A DNA stretch of 63,585 bases, counting the filler. It is 3 parts of 3 records of this genome, joined end to end, with 100 filler letters (N's around TTAATTAATTAA, not from the genome) between each part and the next. Parts side by side here need not be neighbours in the genome. Positions count along the whole stretch, not along the records: positions 21,476 to 49,552 come from SRR20825019_1460; 2 more parts are not named here. One strand, given 5' to 3'. How positions within the stretch are numbered: the first letter of the stretch is position 1; each line of letters starts with the position of its first letter. This document shows positions 21,553 to 31,679 of this stretch, in pieces. Both the position numbers and the translations under genes were made by a program. The notes below the pieces were generated by a model. That model was given only the letters and a program-made list of their open reading frames with translations. It had not been told where the DNA came from and made no database searches.

Positions 21553-23259
21553 TTATTTCTGACTGATAAGCGGCTCATGCATCATTGCGGGTGTCCGCTC
21601 TTCACCAACAATACCCTGACGTACCAGAAAATCCCCGAAATATTCGCCTTCCTGGCGCTCGGCAGCAAACTGCTGAATCATCGGTTTCAGGGTGTCCAGT
21701 ATGGTTTTTTCATCAATATTTTCCAGATACAGGCGGTTCAAACGCTGTCCGCTGAAATCGGCGCCCAGATAAAGGTTGTATTTGCCCAGCGCTTTACCCG
21801 TCAGGCCGATTTCACCGAGATAGGGTCTGGCGCAACCATTGGGGCAGCCGGTCATACGAATATTGATGAGTTGGTCTGGCAAGCCGGCATCGACCACAAT
21901 CTTTTCCAGCTTATCGAGAAATTCAGGCAGATAACGCTCCGCTTCCGCCATCGCCAACCCACAGGTGGGTAAGGCGACACATGCCATCGCGTTCAGGCGC
22001 AGGGCCGTGCCTTTGCTGCCGTCATCCAGTTGATATTTTTCAACCAGCGTTTCAATCTCGGCACGTTGGTCCGGACTGATATTGGCAATCATCAGGTTCT
22101 GATTACAGGTGACCCGGAACTCCCCCTGATGAATCGCTGCAATTTCAAGTAAAGCGGTGCGCAATGCACCCTGTTCCGTATCGGCGACCCTCCCCCCGGG
22201 GACGTATAAAGTCAGGTGGGCCTGGCCGTTGTCGCCTTCTGTCCAGCCAAAACGATCGCCGTTATGCTTAAGCTCAAACTCTCTGGCTGTCTGCAGGGGC
22301 TGACCATGATAGTCGGCAAACTGTTCGATAAACCAGTCCAGACCGTTATCATCAATCGTGTATTTAAAGCGGGCATGGGCACGGTTACTGCGATCGCCGA
22401 AGTCACGCTGTATTGCTGCAATCACCTCGCAGGCATCGACGGCCTGATCAACCGGTACAAAGCCGGCTACCGTTGCCAGTCGCGGATAGGTGCCCTGCTC
22501 ACCGTAAGACATACCGAAACCACCACCGACAGCGATATTGAAGCCCTGCAGCTCGCCATTATCGACAACGGCAATGAGACCGATATCATTGGCCAGCACA
22601 TCACAATCATTGTCAGGTGGGACCGCAATCGCAATTTTAAATTTACGCGGCAGATAGACATCCCCATAGAAGGGTTCTTCCGGTTCGCCGCTCTGGTAAA
22701 CCTGATCCTCACCCAGCCAGATTTCACCATAGGCGCCGGACTGCCAGCACAACCGGTCACTAATAGCCTGAGCGATCTGATAAACCTCGGCGTGTATCGC
22801 TGACTGATGCGGATTAATCCCGGTCACCACATTGCGGTTCACATCACCGCAGGCACCTTTGCTGTCGAGCATCAGCTTATTCACCTGTTGCATCAGTGTT
22901 TTCAGATCTTTTTTCAGAATCTCATGGAATTGAAATGTCTGACGTGTGGTCAGGCGTAAAGTACCGTTAGCACAATCACCGGCAATCTCATCCAGCCCCA
23001 GCCATTGCTGAGGCGTTAATACCCCGCCCGGCAAGCGCAGGCGAACCATAAAAGAATAAAGCGGCTCCAGTTTCTGATGACGACGCTCGTCACGCAGGTC
23101 ACGGTGATCCTGCATATAACTGCCATGGAACTTGAGCAGTTTATTATCATCATCGGAAATAGCGCCGGTCGCCCTATCGGCAAGGCCCTCTTCAATACGA
23201 CCACGCAGGAATCGACTGTTCAGTTTTAGCAGTTCAGCTTCGGGTAATTTATCGTTCAT
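21553..23259 (-). CDS. cysI: Assimilatory sulfite reductase hemoprotein subunit
   Basis: LLKFHGSYMQD, LRLTTRQTFQFH, siroheme/Fe-S ligands ACVALPTCGLA and MTGCPNGCARP. Confidence 0.96.
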   Translation of the reverse strand: MNDKLPEAELLKLNSRFLRGRIEEGLADRATGAISDDDNKLLKFHGSYMQDHRDLRDERRHQKLEPLYSFMVRLRLPGGVLTPQQWLGLDEIAGDCANGTLRLTTRQTFQFHEILKKDLKTLMQQVNKLMLDSKGACGDVNRNVVTGINPHQSAIHAEVYQIAQAISDRLCWQSGAYGEIWLGEDQVYQSGEPEEPFYGDVYLPRKFKIAIAVPPDNDCDVLANDIGLIAVVDNGELQGFNIAVGGGFGMSYGEQGTYPRLATVAGFVPVDQAVDACEVIAAIQRDFGDRSNRAHARFKYTIDDNGLDWFIEQFADYHGQPLQTAREFELKHNGDRFGWTEGDNGQAHLTLYVPGGRVADTEQGALRTALLEIAAIHQGEFRVTCNQNLMIANISPDQRAEIETLVEKYQLDDGSKGTALRLNAMACVALPTCGLAMAEAERYLPEFLDKLEKIVVDAGLPDQLINIRMTGCPNGCARPYLGEIGLTGKALGKYNLYLGADFSGQRLNRLYLENIDEKTILDTLKPMIQQFAAERQEGEYFGDFLVRQGIVGEERTPAMMHEPLISQK

Positions 23260-23319
23260 TCATTAACCTAAAATAGCTTTTGGAATGCTGCTCGCCTATA
23301 CGGCAGCAGCGCTTCATGA

Positions 23320-25116
23320 TCAGTAAACGTCGCGTTGATAACGTTTGTCGCGGGTAAGCTGACGCAGATAGTCATTGGCTTCATCACGGTTTTTGCCGCC
23401 TTCTTTGCTGATGATGTCGAGCAGGGCTTCATTGACGTCAGGCGCCATGTTATCGGCATCACCACAAACATAGATATGCGCGCCTTCCTGCAACCAGCGC
23501 CAGATATCAATAGATTTTTGTCGGAGTCGATGCTGAACATAAACCTTCTCTTCCTGATCCCGTGAAAACGCAACATCCAGGTTTGTCAGCAGACCGGATT
23601 TGCGCCACGACAGCCACTCGACCTGGTACAGAAAGTCACTCAGAAAGTGCTGGTCGCCAAAAAACAGCCAGTTGCGACCCTTGGCCCCACGCTCCTCACG
23701 CTCCTGCATAAAACTGCGGAATGGCGCGACACCGGTACCGGGCCCTATCATAATAATCGGTACGTCATCGTCAGGCAGCTTGAAGTTCTTGTTGCTGTCG
23801 ATATAGACCGGGACTTTGCTGTCATCAGTCAGCCGATCCGCCAGCCAGGTCGACGCCACACCGGACCTGTCACGCTCATGGGCTGAGTATCGCACTGCAG
23901 CAACGGTAATATGTACTTCGTCTTCCACCGCGGCCTGACTGGAAGCAATCGAGTACATTCTCGGCGGCAGCTTGCGTAATAAACCGACAAGCTGGTCAGC
24001 ATCAAGATCCGCAATGGGGAATGCCTGAACCAGGTCCAGCACATCCCTGCCTGGCAACCAGTCATTTAATGCCGCTTTATCTGCAAGCAGATCCTTTAAC
24101 GTCTCTGAGTCGGCCAATTCAGCCCACTGCTCCAGCATCGGGCGGGTTAACAGGGTAACCTCACGCTGATGCAGTAATACATCGCTGAGCTTGTGCTGTT
24201 GATTATCAATTTCCACCATCGCTTCAGCATCGAAACCCAGCGTCTCGATCAGACTGGCCACCAGTTGTGGATCGTTCTGCGCATAGACACCCAGCGCATC
24301 CCCCGGCTGATATTGCAGGCCCGAGCCCTCCAGTGACAGCTCCAGATGCAGCACTTCCTTATTTGAGCCGCGCCCGCTTAAAACCTGTTTTTCCAATACT
24401 TCAGCAGGAAATGGATGCTTGCGGTCATAAACTGTTTTTTCTGCTGATTGGGCCGCTAAATTGACGGTCGGTGTGGTGCTGATAGCAGCAGTCGCAGAAA
24501 GCGCCTCAATCAGATCATTAATCCAGCGCTCAGCAGCGTCATCATAATCCACATCACAATCCACCCGAGGCACAATGGCAGAGCCGCCCAGCGCGGCCAG
24601 TCTGGCATCAAAATCCTTACCGGTCTGGCAGTAGTATTCGTAGCTGGAATCGCCCAAGGCCAGCACACTGTACTGCAACTGCTTGAGTTCCGGCGCTTTC
24701 CGGCCGTGCAGAAACTCATAAAGATCGAGTGCATTATCAGGCGGGTCGCCCTCGCCGTGGGTAGATGACAACACGGCCAGGTATGTTTCATTTTTCAGTT
24801 GCTTGGGCTTGTAATCAGCCATATCAACCACATTGGCCTCAATACCGTTTGCCTGTGCTTTTTCAGCGAGCAATTTTGCCACATCTTCGGTATTACCGGT
24901 TTGAGAGCCATACAGAATCGTCAGTTTGACCGCGCTTTGTTCGCTTGCATCAGGTATCGAGACAGCTGAGGTCTGCATCGCATCCTGCGCTGCGCGAAAG
25001 CCAGACAGGTAGCCTGAAAGCCATTCGACCTGCCAGCTTTCCATCCCCGCCAGCAAATTATTAAGTTGTGCCAACTGCTCATCAGTGAGCGGTGCATTAT
25101 CTAACCTGATATTCAT
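23320..25116 (-). CDS. cysJ: Sulfite reductase NADPH flavoprotein subunit
   Basis: Flavodoxin YGSQTGN, RMYSIASS, MIGPGTGVAPFR, C-terminal RYQRDVY. Confidence 0.96.
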   Translation of the reverse strand: MNIRLDNAPLTDEQLAQLNNLLAGMESWQVEWLSGYLSGFRAAQDAMQTSAVSIPDASEQSAVKLTILYGSQTGNTEDVAKLLAEKAQANGIEANVVDMADYKPKQLKNETYLAVLSSTHGEGDPPDNALDLYEFLHGRKAPELKQLQYSVLALGDSSYEYYCQTGKDFDARLAALGGSAIVPRVDCDVDYDDAAERWINDLIEALSATAAISTTPTVNLAAQSAEKTVYDRKHPFPAEVLEKQVLSGRGSNKEVLHLELSLEGSGLQYQPGDALGVYAQNDPQLVASLIETLGFDAEAMVEIDNQQHKLSDVLLHQREVTLLTRPMLEQWAELADSETLKDLLADKAALNDWLPGRDVLDLVQAFPIADLDADQLVGLLRKLPPRMYSIASSQAAVEDEVHITVAAVRYSAHERDRSGVASTWLADRLTDDSKVPVYIDSNKNFKLPDDDVPIIMIGPGTGVAPFRSFMQEREERGAKGRNWLFFGDQHFLSDFLYQVEWLSWRKSGLLTNLDVAFSRDQEEKVYVQHRLRQKSIDIWRWLQEGAHIYVCGDADNMAPDVNEALLDIISKEGGKNRDEANDYLRQLTRDKRYQRDVY

Positions 25117-25139
25117 TCCTGATTAATCTCTGTCTCTAT

Positions 25140-25225
25140 GACTGTGTTAGTAAGAAAGTAACAAAATCGTTTATAAATATAAAATATATATTTTGACTTT
25201 ATATATTCATAATTAAAATATAGAT
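25140..25225 (-). promoter_or_regulatory. AT-rich upstream region of cysJI, possible CysB/LysR operator
   Basis: Very AT-rich with ATA/TAT dyads; position upstream of cysJ fits CysB control (inference). Confidence 0.35.
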
Positions 25226-25488
25226 TGCATCTGGCCATGGACTCAGGCTTATTTTCCAAACACAATTTCAGACTGCTATTAATATCAATGACAATCCATT
25301 CCTTGTGAATGCTCCGTGATTGACAGGGAGTTTTTACGAGAATTCGTCTTTAAATCAATCAATAAAAAGTTTGCATTTTGGATCGCCAGGCGTACTATCC
25401 ACTTTACGTGTGTTAGGAAGGCGATGTGGCCAAATACGGATGGCGCCGCCAATACAGCATGGTCGATTAACAGGGAGCGCGTTAGACG

Positions 25489-27165
25489 ATGCACACCGTG
25501 GATGTTTTCCAGTGGTTTAATCGCCACAGACAGATCATCAATTTTTCTGCTGGACCATTGCTGGTATTGATGGTGGCTGGTGTCGGCCTGTTTGTCTATA
25601 GCACCGGCGGCATCAAGTATGTCTATTCCCACTCCATGTACATCCCTATCGTACTGTCAGGCATGGTCTACGGTATCAAGGGTGGCATTGCTGTCGCCGT
25701 TCTAGGCGGGCTGGTACTTGGCCCCTATATGCCAATAGAGGTGGTGAGCGGCGAAATGCAGGCCACTGTCAACTGGCTTTACCGAACCGGTTTTTTTATT
25801 CTTATTGGTGCCTTGAGCGGCACTGCCAGCGATACGGTCCGCGCTTACCTCAACCACCTTTACTGGGTATCTCGTCATGATTTGCCAACACAGCTACCTA
25901 ACCGTCTGGCGTTGATGGATGATCTCAATGGCATAAAGCACCAGCCCTACCCGCAGCCAAATGCCAGAATACTTCTGGTCTTATCTGTTAACAGCACCAT
26001 GGAGCTTAAAGCCGCTTTCGGACACGATGTCATTGAGAGCATTATCCGGCAAACAGCACATCGCTTCAGTCATCTTTTAACCGATCGGGGGCAAGTTTAT
26101 CGCGCCGATACTGAAGAAGTGAGTGCACTCATTGAACAGATTGAGTCACATCGCGTAAATGATCTGTTAGTGGATCTAAACCGCTCGGCACGGCTTCCCT
26201 ATCAATTCCAGGGCATTCCGGTCCATGTCGACTCCCGCATGGGCTATGTGGCTATCAACGGGCATCATGATGACCCCGGCATTTATCTGCAACAGGCTGA
26301 ATCCGCTCTAAATGCCGCCAATGACACCTTACTGGAGTTTGTGGAATATCAGCCTTCAATCAAGCTTGCCACCAGAGAAAATGTGTCACTGCTGGGCGAA
26401 TTGATGAAAGCCATCGATTTAAATCAGCTTAAACTACACTACCAGCCCAAAATAGATATTCATTCAAATAAAGTGCTAGGAGTTGAAGCCCTGATGCGCT
26501 GGGAGCACCCAAGCCGTGGCAATATTCCGCCGGGCACTTTCATCCCCTGCGCTGAAAGAAGCACCCTAATTCATTTGTTGACCCATTTTGTATTATCCGA
26601 AGCCATGCGCACGGCACTGCATTTCCAGGAACAATCACTTGCCGTGCCGATTGCAGTTAATATTTCTGCCTACAACCTCTGCCAGCCCGATTTTGCCGAG
26701 AATATTTTTAATCTTTTAAGTGAGTATGGCCTCAGTGGTGAATATCTGGAACTGGAAGTGACCGAAAGCGCGCTGATAAAAGATATGAACCATACCATCC
26801 GGGAATTGACCAAGCTCGCCGACGCCGGCGTTCAGATTGCTGTGGATGATTTCGGCACCGGCTACTCTTCCCTGCAGTACCTGCACCAGTTACCCATTTC
26901 CCATCTGAAAATCGATCAGTCTTTTGTCCGCCGTCTGCCACAGTCTCAGGACGCCATTCATATCGTTGAAGCCACTGTCAGCCTGGCACATAAAATTAAT
27001 CTGACGACCATTGCAGAAGGGGTGGAAAACGCTGCTGTCATGCAGTTTCTTGCTGATATCGGATGTGATATGGCACAGGGTTATTTTATTTCCCGCCCAG
27101 TGGCAGACGTTGATTTCATCAAATGGCATCGACAACATCAGGGACGTTTTGACTGGCATCACTAA
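25489..27165 (+). CDS. Membrane-anchored c-di-GMP phosphodiesterase (TM sensor + degenerate GGDEF + EAL)
   Basis: N-terminal TM helices; HDLPTQLPNR; GGDEF position reads DTEEV; intact EAL, ELEVTES, DDFGTGYSSL, KIDQSFV, AEGVE, QGYF. Confidence 0.9.
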   Translation: MHTVDVFQWFNRHRQIINFSAGPLLVLMVAGVGLFVYSTGGIKYVYSHSMYIPIVLSGMVYGIKGGIAVAVLGGLVLGPYMPIEVVSGEMQATVNWLYRTGFFILIGALSGTASDTVRAYLNHLYWVSRHDLPTQLPNRLALMDDLNGIKHQPYPQPNARILLVLSVNSTMELKAAFGHDVIESIIRQTAHRFSHLLTDRGQVYRADTEEVSALIEQIESHRVNDLLVDLNRSARLPYQFQGIPVHVDSRMGYVAINGHHDDPGIYLQQAESALNAANDTLLEFVEYQPSIKLATRENVSLLGELMKAIDLNQLKLHYQPKIDIHSNKVLGVEALMRWEHPSRGNIPPGTFIPCAERSTLIHLLTHFVLSEAMRTALHFQEQSLAVPIAVNISAYNLCQPDFAENIFNLLSEYGLSGEYLELEVTESALIKDMNHTIRELTKLADAGVQIAVDDFGTGYSSLQYLHQLPISHLKIDQSFVRRLPQSQDAIHIVEATVSLAHKINLTTIAEGVENAAVMQFLADIGCDMAQGYFISRPVADVDFIKWHRQHQGRFDWHH

Positions 27166-27313
27166 ACCAAAATTATTTAGTGAAAAAGCGAATTTTTTGC
27201 TTTTCCTCTTGTCATTAATACTGTGCTGCTTGCCATAGCAGCATTTTATCCTTGCTATATCTTGGTTGACTTTGGATGGCACGCTCTGTGCCATCCATTT
27301 TTTAGATCTGACT

Positions 27314-27694
27314 ATGAAAGCCGCTCAGAAAGCCCGCCTTAAACTGCGTTGTCCGATATCTCTCGGGAGAGAGCATCAAATTACTGTGCCCGAAGGCTGG
27401 TTTGATCTGGTTTATCAGATGTGTGCCGAGATAGAAGACATCGCTCAGCAAGTCAATCAAAAACGGCGACAGCGTATGTTTTTGCCCCGCATCATTTTTA
27501 TTGAAGAGCATATGGGTAAGCTGACCTGCGAAGTCATCAACGCCAATAAGGATATCGCTGACGTTATCAAAAAAGCCCAGATGCGTTCAGTACAGCGTTG
27601 CATGTACTGTGGTGATGAGGCACATCAGTTTCGCCGCGGCGGCAATCTTATCACCTGCTGTGACAGACACCGCTCACAATTTTCGCTTAAGTGA
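27314..27694 (+). CDS. Hypothetical protein with C-terminal CxxC..C..H zinc-ribbon-like motif
   Basis: ATG 27314; EGWFDLV..SVQRCMYCG..ITCCDRH. Confidence 0.7.
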   Translation: MKAAQKARLKLRCPISLGREHQITVPEGWFDLVYQMCAEIEDIAQQVNQKRRQRMFLPRIIFIEEHMGKLTCEVINANKDIADVIKKAQMRSVQRCMYCGDEAHQFRRGGNLITCCDRHRSQFSLK

Positions 27695-27695
27695 A

Positions 27696-28004
27696 TCAGG
27701 GGTGATGGTGAATGCAACTGTCGTAGACCTGTGTTTCTACTTGGTCCTCATTCAGTGACTCATCAAAGTTAAAAGCCAGGTTAATAGCCAAATCGACAAT
27801 ACGGAAAAATTCGCTATTGATAAATTCAGGCGGTGTTTCCTGCTGCATCTGAGCTTTGGTTTTACCTTCAAGACGCTGCACAAAATAATCCCCCGTCAAC
27901 GAAGCAATCATGCCGCATTGTTTGTGTCCGTCCTCGGCCAAGGTCACTGTTGTGGTAAAACATGTCACAAGCAGTGCTGCAGCAGGAAGTAGTTTGTTTC
28001 GCAT
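27696..28004 (-). CDS. Small secreted hypothetical protein
   Basis: Signal peptide MRNKLLPAAALLVTCFTTTVTLA; two Cys in the mature part. Confidence 0.7.
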   Translation of the reverse strand: MRNKLLPAAALLVTCFTTTVTLAEDGHKQCGMIASLTGDYFVQRLEGKTKAQMQQETPPEFINSEFFRIVDLAINLAFNFDESLNEDQVETQVYDSCIHHHP

Positions 28005-28098
28005 GAGATTACCCCGTTTTTTCACGCATCGTTCGCAACTAGACTGCGATAATGGTGATAAATATCCGCAACAAAAGATAAATTAACAAAGGAAAACA

Positions 28099-28479
28099 AT
28101 GAAAGCTTTGCTTATTATCGCTCATGGCAGTCGCAGACAAGCATCCAACCAGGAAGTGATCGCGCTGGCCGAGCAACTGCGTGCCCATCAACAAAAAGAC
28201 TACGATCTGGTAGAAGCGGCTTTCCTGGAACTGGCGGAACCCTCTATTCCTGAGGGTGTGGCTAACTGTGTGAGACAGGGAGCCAATGAGGTAATAGTCT
28301 TCCCCTACTTTCTCAACTCAGGGCGCCATGTCACGGACGATATTCCAGAGATTCTGAACGAGGTCAGACCCCACTACTCCGACGTCTGCATTGTGCTGAG
28401 TCAGCATATCGGTGCTTCGCCGGCTATGCCGGATCTGGTGTTACAGACTGCGGGAAAAACAGCCATCAATCATGCATAA
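28099..28479 (+). CDS. Single-domain CbiX/SirB-type sirohydrochlorin chelatase
   Basis: IAHGSR, AFLELAEPSI, PYFLNSGRHV; AAGGA RBS. Confidence 0.88.
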   Translation: MKALLIIAHGSRRQASNQEVIALAEQLRAHQQKDYDLVEAAFLELAEPSIPEGVANCVRQGANEVIVFPYFLNSGRHVTDDIPEILNEVRPHYSDVCIVLSQHIGASPAMPDLVLQTAGKTAINHA

Positions 28480-28834
28480 AACTGCCTGAAAACTGATGGC
28501 CCGGACGGCGTTGTTTAAGTTTGATGATCAGGGTTCTGATAGCTTTATCATCTGCGGAAAACACATAAGGTGCCAGTTCCGCCAGGCGGCCCTGAATATA
28601 AGGTGAGATTTCCGGATCGTCAACAAACATCTGTGAGCGTATTTCACATATTTTCCGGATTCCGTCGGCAAAGCGTTTTAATTCATCAGCCGGGGTATTA
28701 TCCTCACCAATCACCCAGCCTCTTGTCTTCCACTCATTGAAACAGTCATCAGCCAATGAGCCAAAAGCCGGCTCAGCACTGGCAGGTAGATTAATCAGCG
28801 TTAAACAAATAGCTAGTTGAAAAGCGTGTTTCAT
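28466..28834 (-). CDS. Secreted hypothetical protein
   Basis: Signal peptide ending ASA; 122-aa ORF. Confidence 0.65.
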   Translation of the reverse strand: MKHAFQLAICLTLINLPASAEPAFGSLADDCFNEWKTRGWVIGEDNTPADELKRFADGIRKICEIRSQMFVDDPEISPYIQGRLAELAPYVFSADDKAIRTLIIKLKQRRPGHQFSGSFMHD

Positions 28835-28897
28835 TCAGTCATCCCCGTTTTCATCAACGGACCTGGATGACTCAACTTAAGTTCCTGTTGCCGGGCT

Positions 28898-29524
28898 CTA
28901 TAGGGCGCCAGATTGACTGAGCAGTTCATGCATGCGCTCAGCCAGCAGGCGATAGCCTTTGGCATTCGGGTGAATGGGATCGGCTTTGAGTGCAGTTTCA
29001 GACTCAATGTCTGGGATGATGTCATTTTCCAGTGGCACCTGCAGCGCGTGAGCGACTTCCTGGTAAACCGGCGCTGCCTTGAGGAACAGGCCCGGCTTTG
29101 GCACTGAGAGCATCACGACCTCGGCACCATGGGCCCGGATGCGTTCAACCATACCGGTCAGATTCTGTCTGAGTTCCGATTCACTGAGCTTCCGGATCAA
29201 ATCGTTGCCACCATGACAAAGCAGAACCAGTTGCGGCTGATGCTGTGTAAGCAGTGTTTCAATTCTGGCCAGCCCTTCGCGGCTGACTTCCCCTGGTACA
29301 CCGGCATTTATCACAGTGCGACCACTCAGTTCTGTCAGTATGGCAGGATAGCTTTCTGTTTGATGATCTGCGCCGGTACCAAAAGTAAGGCTGTCTCCAA
29401 AAGCCAGAATGACTGCATCAGGAGAAAGGCTGCGAAGCGATGTTTGGCTGCTGTCACCACAGGCAGGCAGTAAGGTCAGACTGACAATCAGCAGCCAGGC
29501 ACTTAGCAGCCGTTGAAAATGCAT
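28898..29524 (-). CDS. GDSL/SGNH arylesterase lipoprotein (TesA-like)
   Basis: Lipobox LPAC; FGDSLT, NAGVPG, GGND, DPIHPN. Confidence 0.9.
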   Translation of the reverse strand: MHFQRLLSAWLLIVSLTLLPACGDSSQTSLRSLSPDAVILAFGDSLTFGTGADHQTESYPAILTELSGRTVINAGVPGEVSREGLARIETLLTQHQPQLVLLCHGGNDLIRKLSESELRQNLTGMVERIRAHGAEVVMLSVPKPGLFLKAAPVYQEVAHALQVPLENDIIPDIESETALKADPIHPNAKGYRLLAERMHELLSQSGAL

Positions 29525-29526
29525 GT

Positions 29527-30300
29527 TTAATGTACCGTTGAGGGAAACAGTCGTTGGAAGTTAGCGGTTGTGGTAGCGGCAATATTCTCTACCGTATCCC
29601 CCCGCAGTTCGGCCAGAAACTCGGCTACATGTTTGACGAAAACCGGTTTATTGGTTTTGCCACGGTGCGGCACCGGTGCCAGGTAAGGAGAATCGGTTTC
29701 AATCAGAATCCGATCCAGCGGCAGTTTCCTCGCCACATCCTGCAGTTCTCTGGCGCTTTTAAACGTCACAATACCCGACAATGAAATATAGAAACCGATA
29801 TCCAGAGCGCGTTTCGCGGTTTCCCAATTTTCGGTGAAACAGTGAATGATGCCACCGGCTTCTTCTGCCTTCTCGTTCTCGAGAATATCCATGGTGTCTT
29901 CACGGGCTTCGCGGGTATGAATAATCAGCGGTTTTTGTGTCTGTCTGGCGGCTTCAATGTGGACCCGAAAACGATCGCGCTGCCATTCCAGGTCACCTTC
30001 ACTGCGGAAATAATCCAGACCGGTCTCACCGATGGCGATCACTTTAGGATGCGAAGCCTGGGCGACCAGTCCTTCGACACTGAACTGTTCCTCTTGATCC
30101 ACATTGGGGTGGATACCAACACTGGCGGTCACCTGCGGGTAACTGTCGGCTATGGCTTTGACTTCAGTGCAACTGGCTTTGTCGATAGCAATGCAGAGAA
30201 TGTGTTCGATACCGTTATCACTGGCTTCTTTGACCATGGCGTCAATACCGCCCGGCTCCTCAGCCAGCATGTTGAGGTGACAATGAGAGTCAATATACAT
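29527..30300 (-). CDS. tatD: TatD-family DNase (YcfH-like)
   Basis: DSHCH, GIHP, IGETGLDY, IHTREA, ETDSPYLAP; located next to holB. Confidence 0.93.
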   Translation of the reverse strand: MYIDSHCHLNMLAEEPGGIDAMVKEASDNGIEHILCIAIDKASCTEVKAIADSYPQVTASVGIHPNVDQEEQFSVEGLVAQASHPKVIAIGETGLDYFRSEGDLEWQRDRFRVHIEAARQTQKPLIIHTREAREDTMDILENEKAEEAGGIIHCFTENWETAKRALDIGFYISLSGIVTFKSARELQDVARKLPLDRILIETDSPYLAPVPHRGKTNKPVFVKHVAEFLAELRGDTVENIAATTTANFQRLFPSTVH

Positions 30301-30336
30301 AAATAATTTTTGAGTTTTGCTGGGTAACGACTGACG

Positions 30337-30690
30337 TTACATGGTGTAGGTGGCTTTATCGGATTTCAGCTTGTCCACCAGGTAGTTTTCAATTTTGCCA
30401 CGAACCAGAGAGGCACCGCCGTCAATGTCACTGAAATGGACACCGATACCGGCAGCCTGGTTTCCCTGAGCACCACGTGGCGTGATCCAGACGATGTTAC
30501 CGGCAACCGGCAGCTTTTCTGCCTCATCCATCAGGGTAAGCAGGATAAACACTTCCTCGCCAATCTGATAGCTCTTATTCGTAGGAATAAACAGGCCGCC
30601 ATTTTTCAGAAACGGCATGTATGAATGATAAAGCATGTTCTGATCAGTAATTTTCAGTGACAGAATGCCTTTGCGTGGATTCATTGCCAT
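30337..30690 (-). CDS. pilZ: Type IV pilus assembly protein PilZ
   Basis: YMPFLKNGGLFIPT..VWITP..GIGVHF..TYTM; conserved holB-pilZ-tatD order. Confidence 0.92.
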   Translation of the reverse strand: MAMNPRKGILSLKITDQNMLYHSYMPFLKNGGLFIPTNKSYQIGEEVFILLTLMDEAEKLPVAGNIVWITPRGAQGNQAAGIGVHFSDIDGGASLVRGKIENYLVDKLKSDKATYTM

Positions 30691-30695
30691 AGCTG

Positions 30696-31679
30696 TTACC
30701 CGTGGGTTTCCTTGAGCTGACGGATCTGGTTAGCGTGTTGCATAACCGTCACCATAAAATCCTCTATTAACAATATCTTGTTCAGATTATTTTGAGACGA
30801 TATTAACTTTATTGTGTCAGTGATGCAATCCATGATCGCCCAGTACTGGCGCAGGATCACATCGGGGGCATTATCCCTGGCCAGCAGCAGATGACTGATT
30901 TTGGTCTGCATCATATTTTGAATCTGGTACAAAACTGATTTCAAATCAAATTGTTGCCATTCGGCAGCCATTTGAACTGGATTGGCTTTGGCCTGCATTA
31001 ACAGACCGATGTCCTTCGTCACCTGTCGGCTTTGCTGCAATCCGGTTTCACCTGCGGCCATTGCCGCCAGCGGTGCGCCATGACTAAGCTTAAGTAGTGA
31101 CAGCCATTCCTGCTCGGAAAACTGCATATCCGTATGCTGTAACCAGGCCAGCGCCTGTTCCGTGTCCGGCGTCGCAATGACCAGGCTTTGGCAGCGGCTC
31201 TTGATGGTAATGGGTAATTGCTGGCTGTTCTCAGAGAGCAGAATCAGTACCGATTCCGGTTGCGGTTCTTCCAGTAGTTTCAACAAACTGTTGAATGCAG
31301 AAATATTCATCTGATCTGCTGCAGTAATCAGCACCGCCTTACCACGAGACACCTTGGGCATGAGTGTCTGGCTCTGTTTCAAATCACGGATCTGGTCAAC
31401 CTTGATTTGCTTACCGGCTTCTTCCGGACTGATTTCCTGATAATCGGGATGCGAGCCGGCTGCCAGCAACTGGCAACTGTGACACTGGCCACAGGCATTA
31501 AAATCCTTATCCGGCTGAGTGCACAGCAGACTGGTAACCAGCCTGTCAGCCAATGCACGTTTGCCCACACCAGCAATGCCTGAAATCAATAAGGCATGTG
31601 GCATTCTGCTTTGCTGCTGCATTGTCTGCAACTGATGCCAGGCCTGCTGATGCCAGTTGTACTCGACAATCTCGGTCAT
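30696..31679 (-). CDS. holB: DNA polymerase III delta' subunit
   Basis: HALLISG..GVGK, CGQCHSC, NSLLKLLEEP, TIKSRC. Confidence 0.93.
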   Translation of the reverse strand: MTEIVEYNWHQQAWHQLQTMQQQSRMPHALLISGIAGVGKRALADRLVTSLLCTQPDKDFNACGQCHSCQLLAAGSHPDYQEISPEEAGKQIKVDQIRDLKQSQTLMPKVSRGKAVLITAADQMNISAFNSLLKLLEEPQPESVLILLSENSQQLPITIKSRCQSLVIATPDTEQALAWLQHTDMQFSEQEWLSLLKLSHGAPLAAMAAGETGLQQSRQVTKDIGLLMQAKANPVQMAAEWQQFDLKSVLYQIQNMMQTKISHLLLARDNAPDVILRQYWAIMDCITDTIKLISSQNNLNKILLIEDFMVTVMQHANQIRQLKETHG

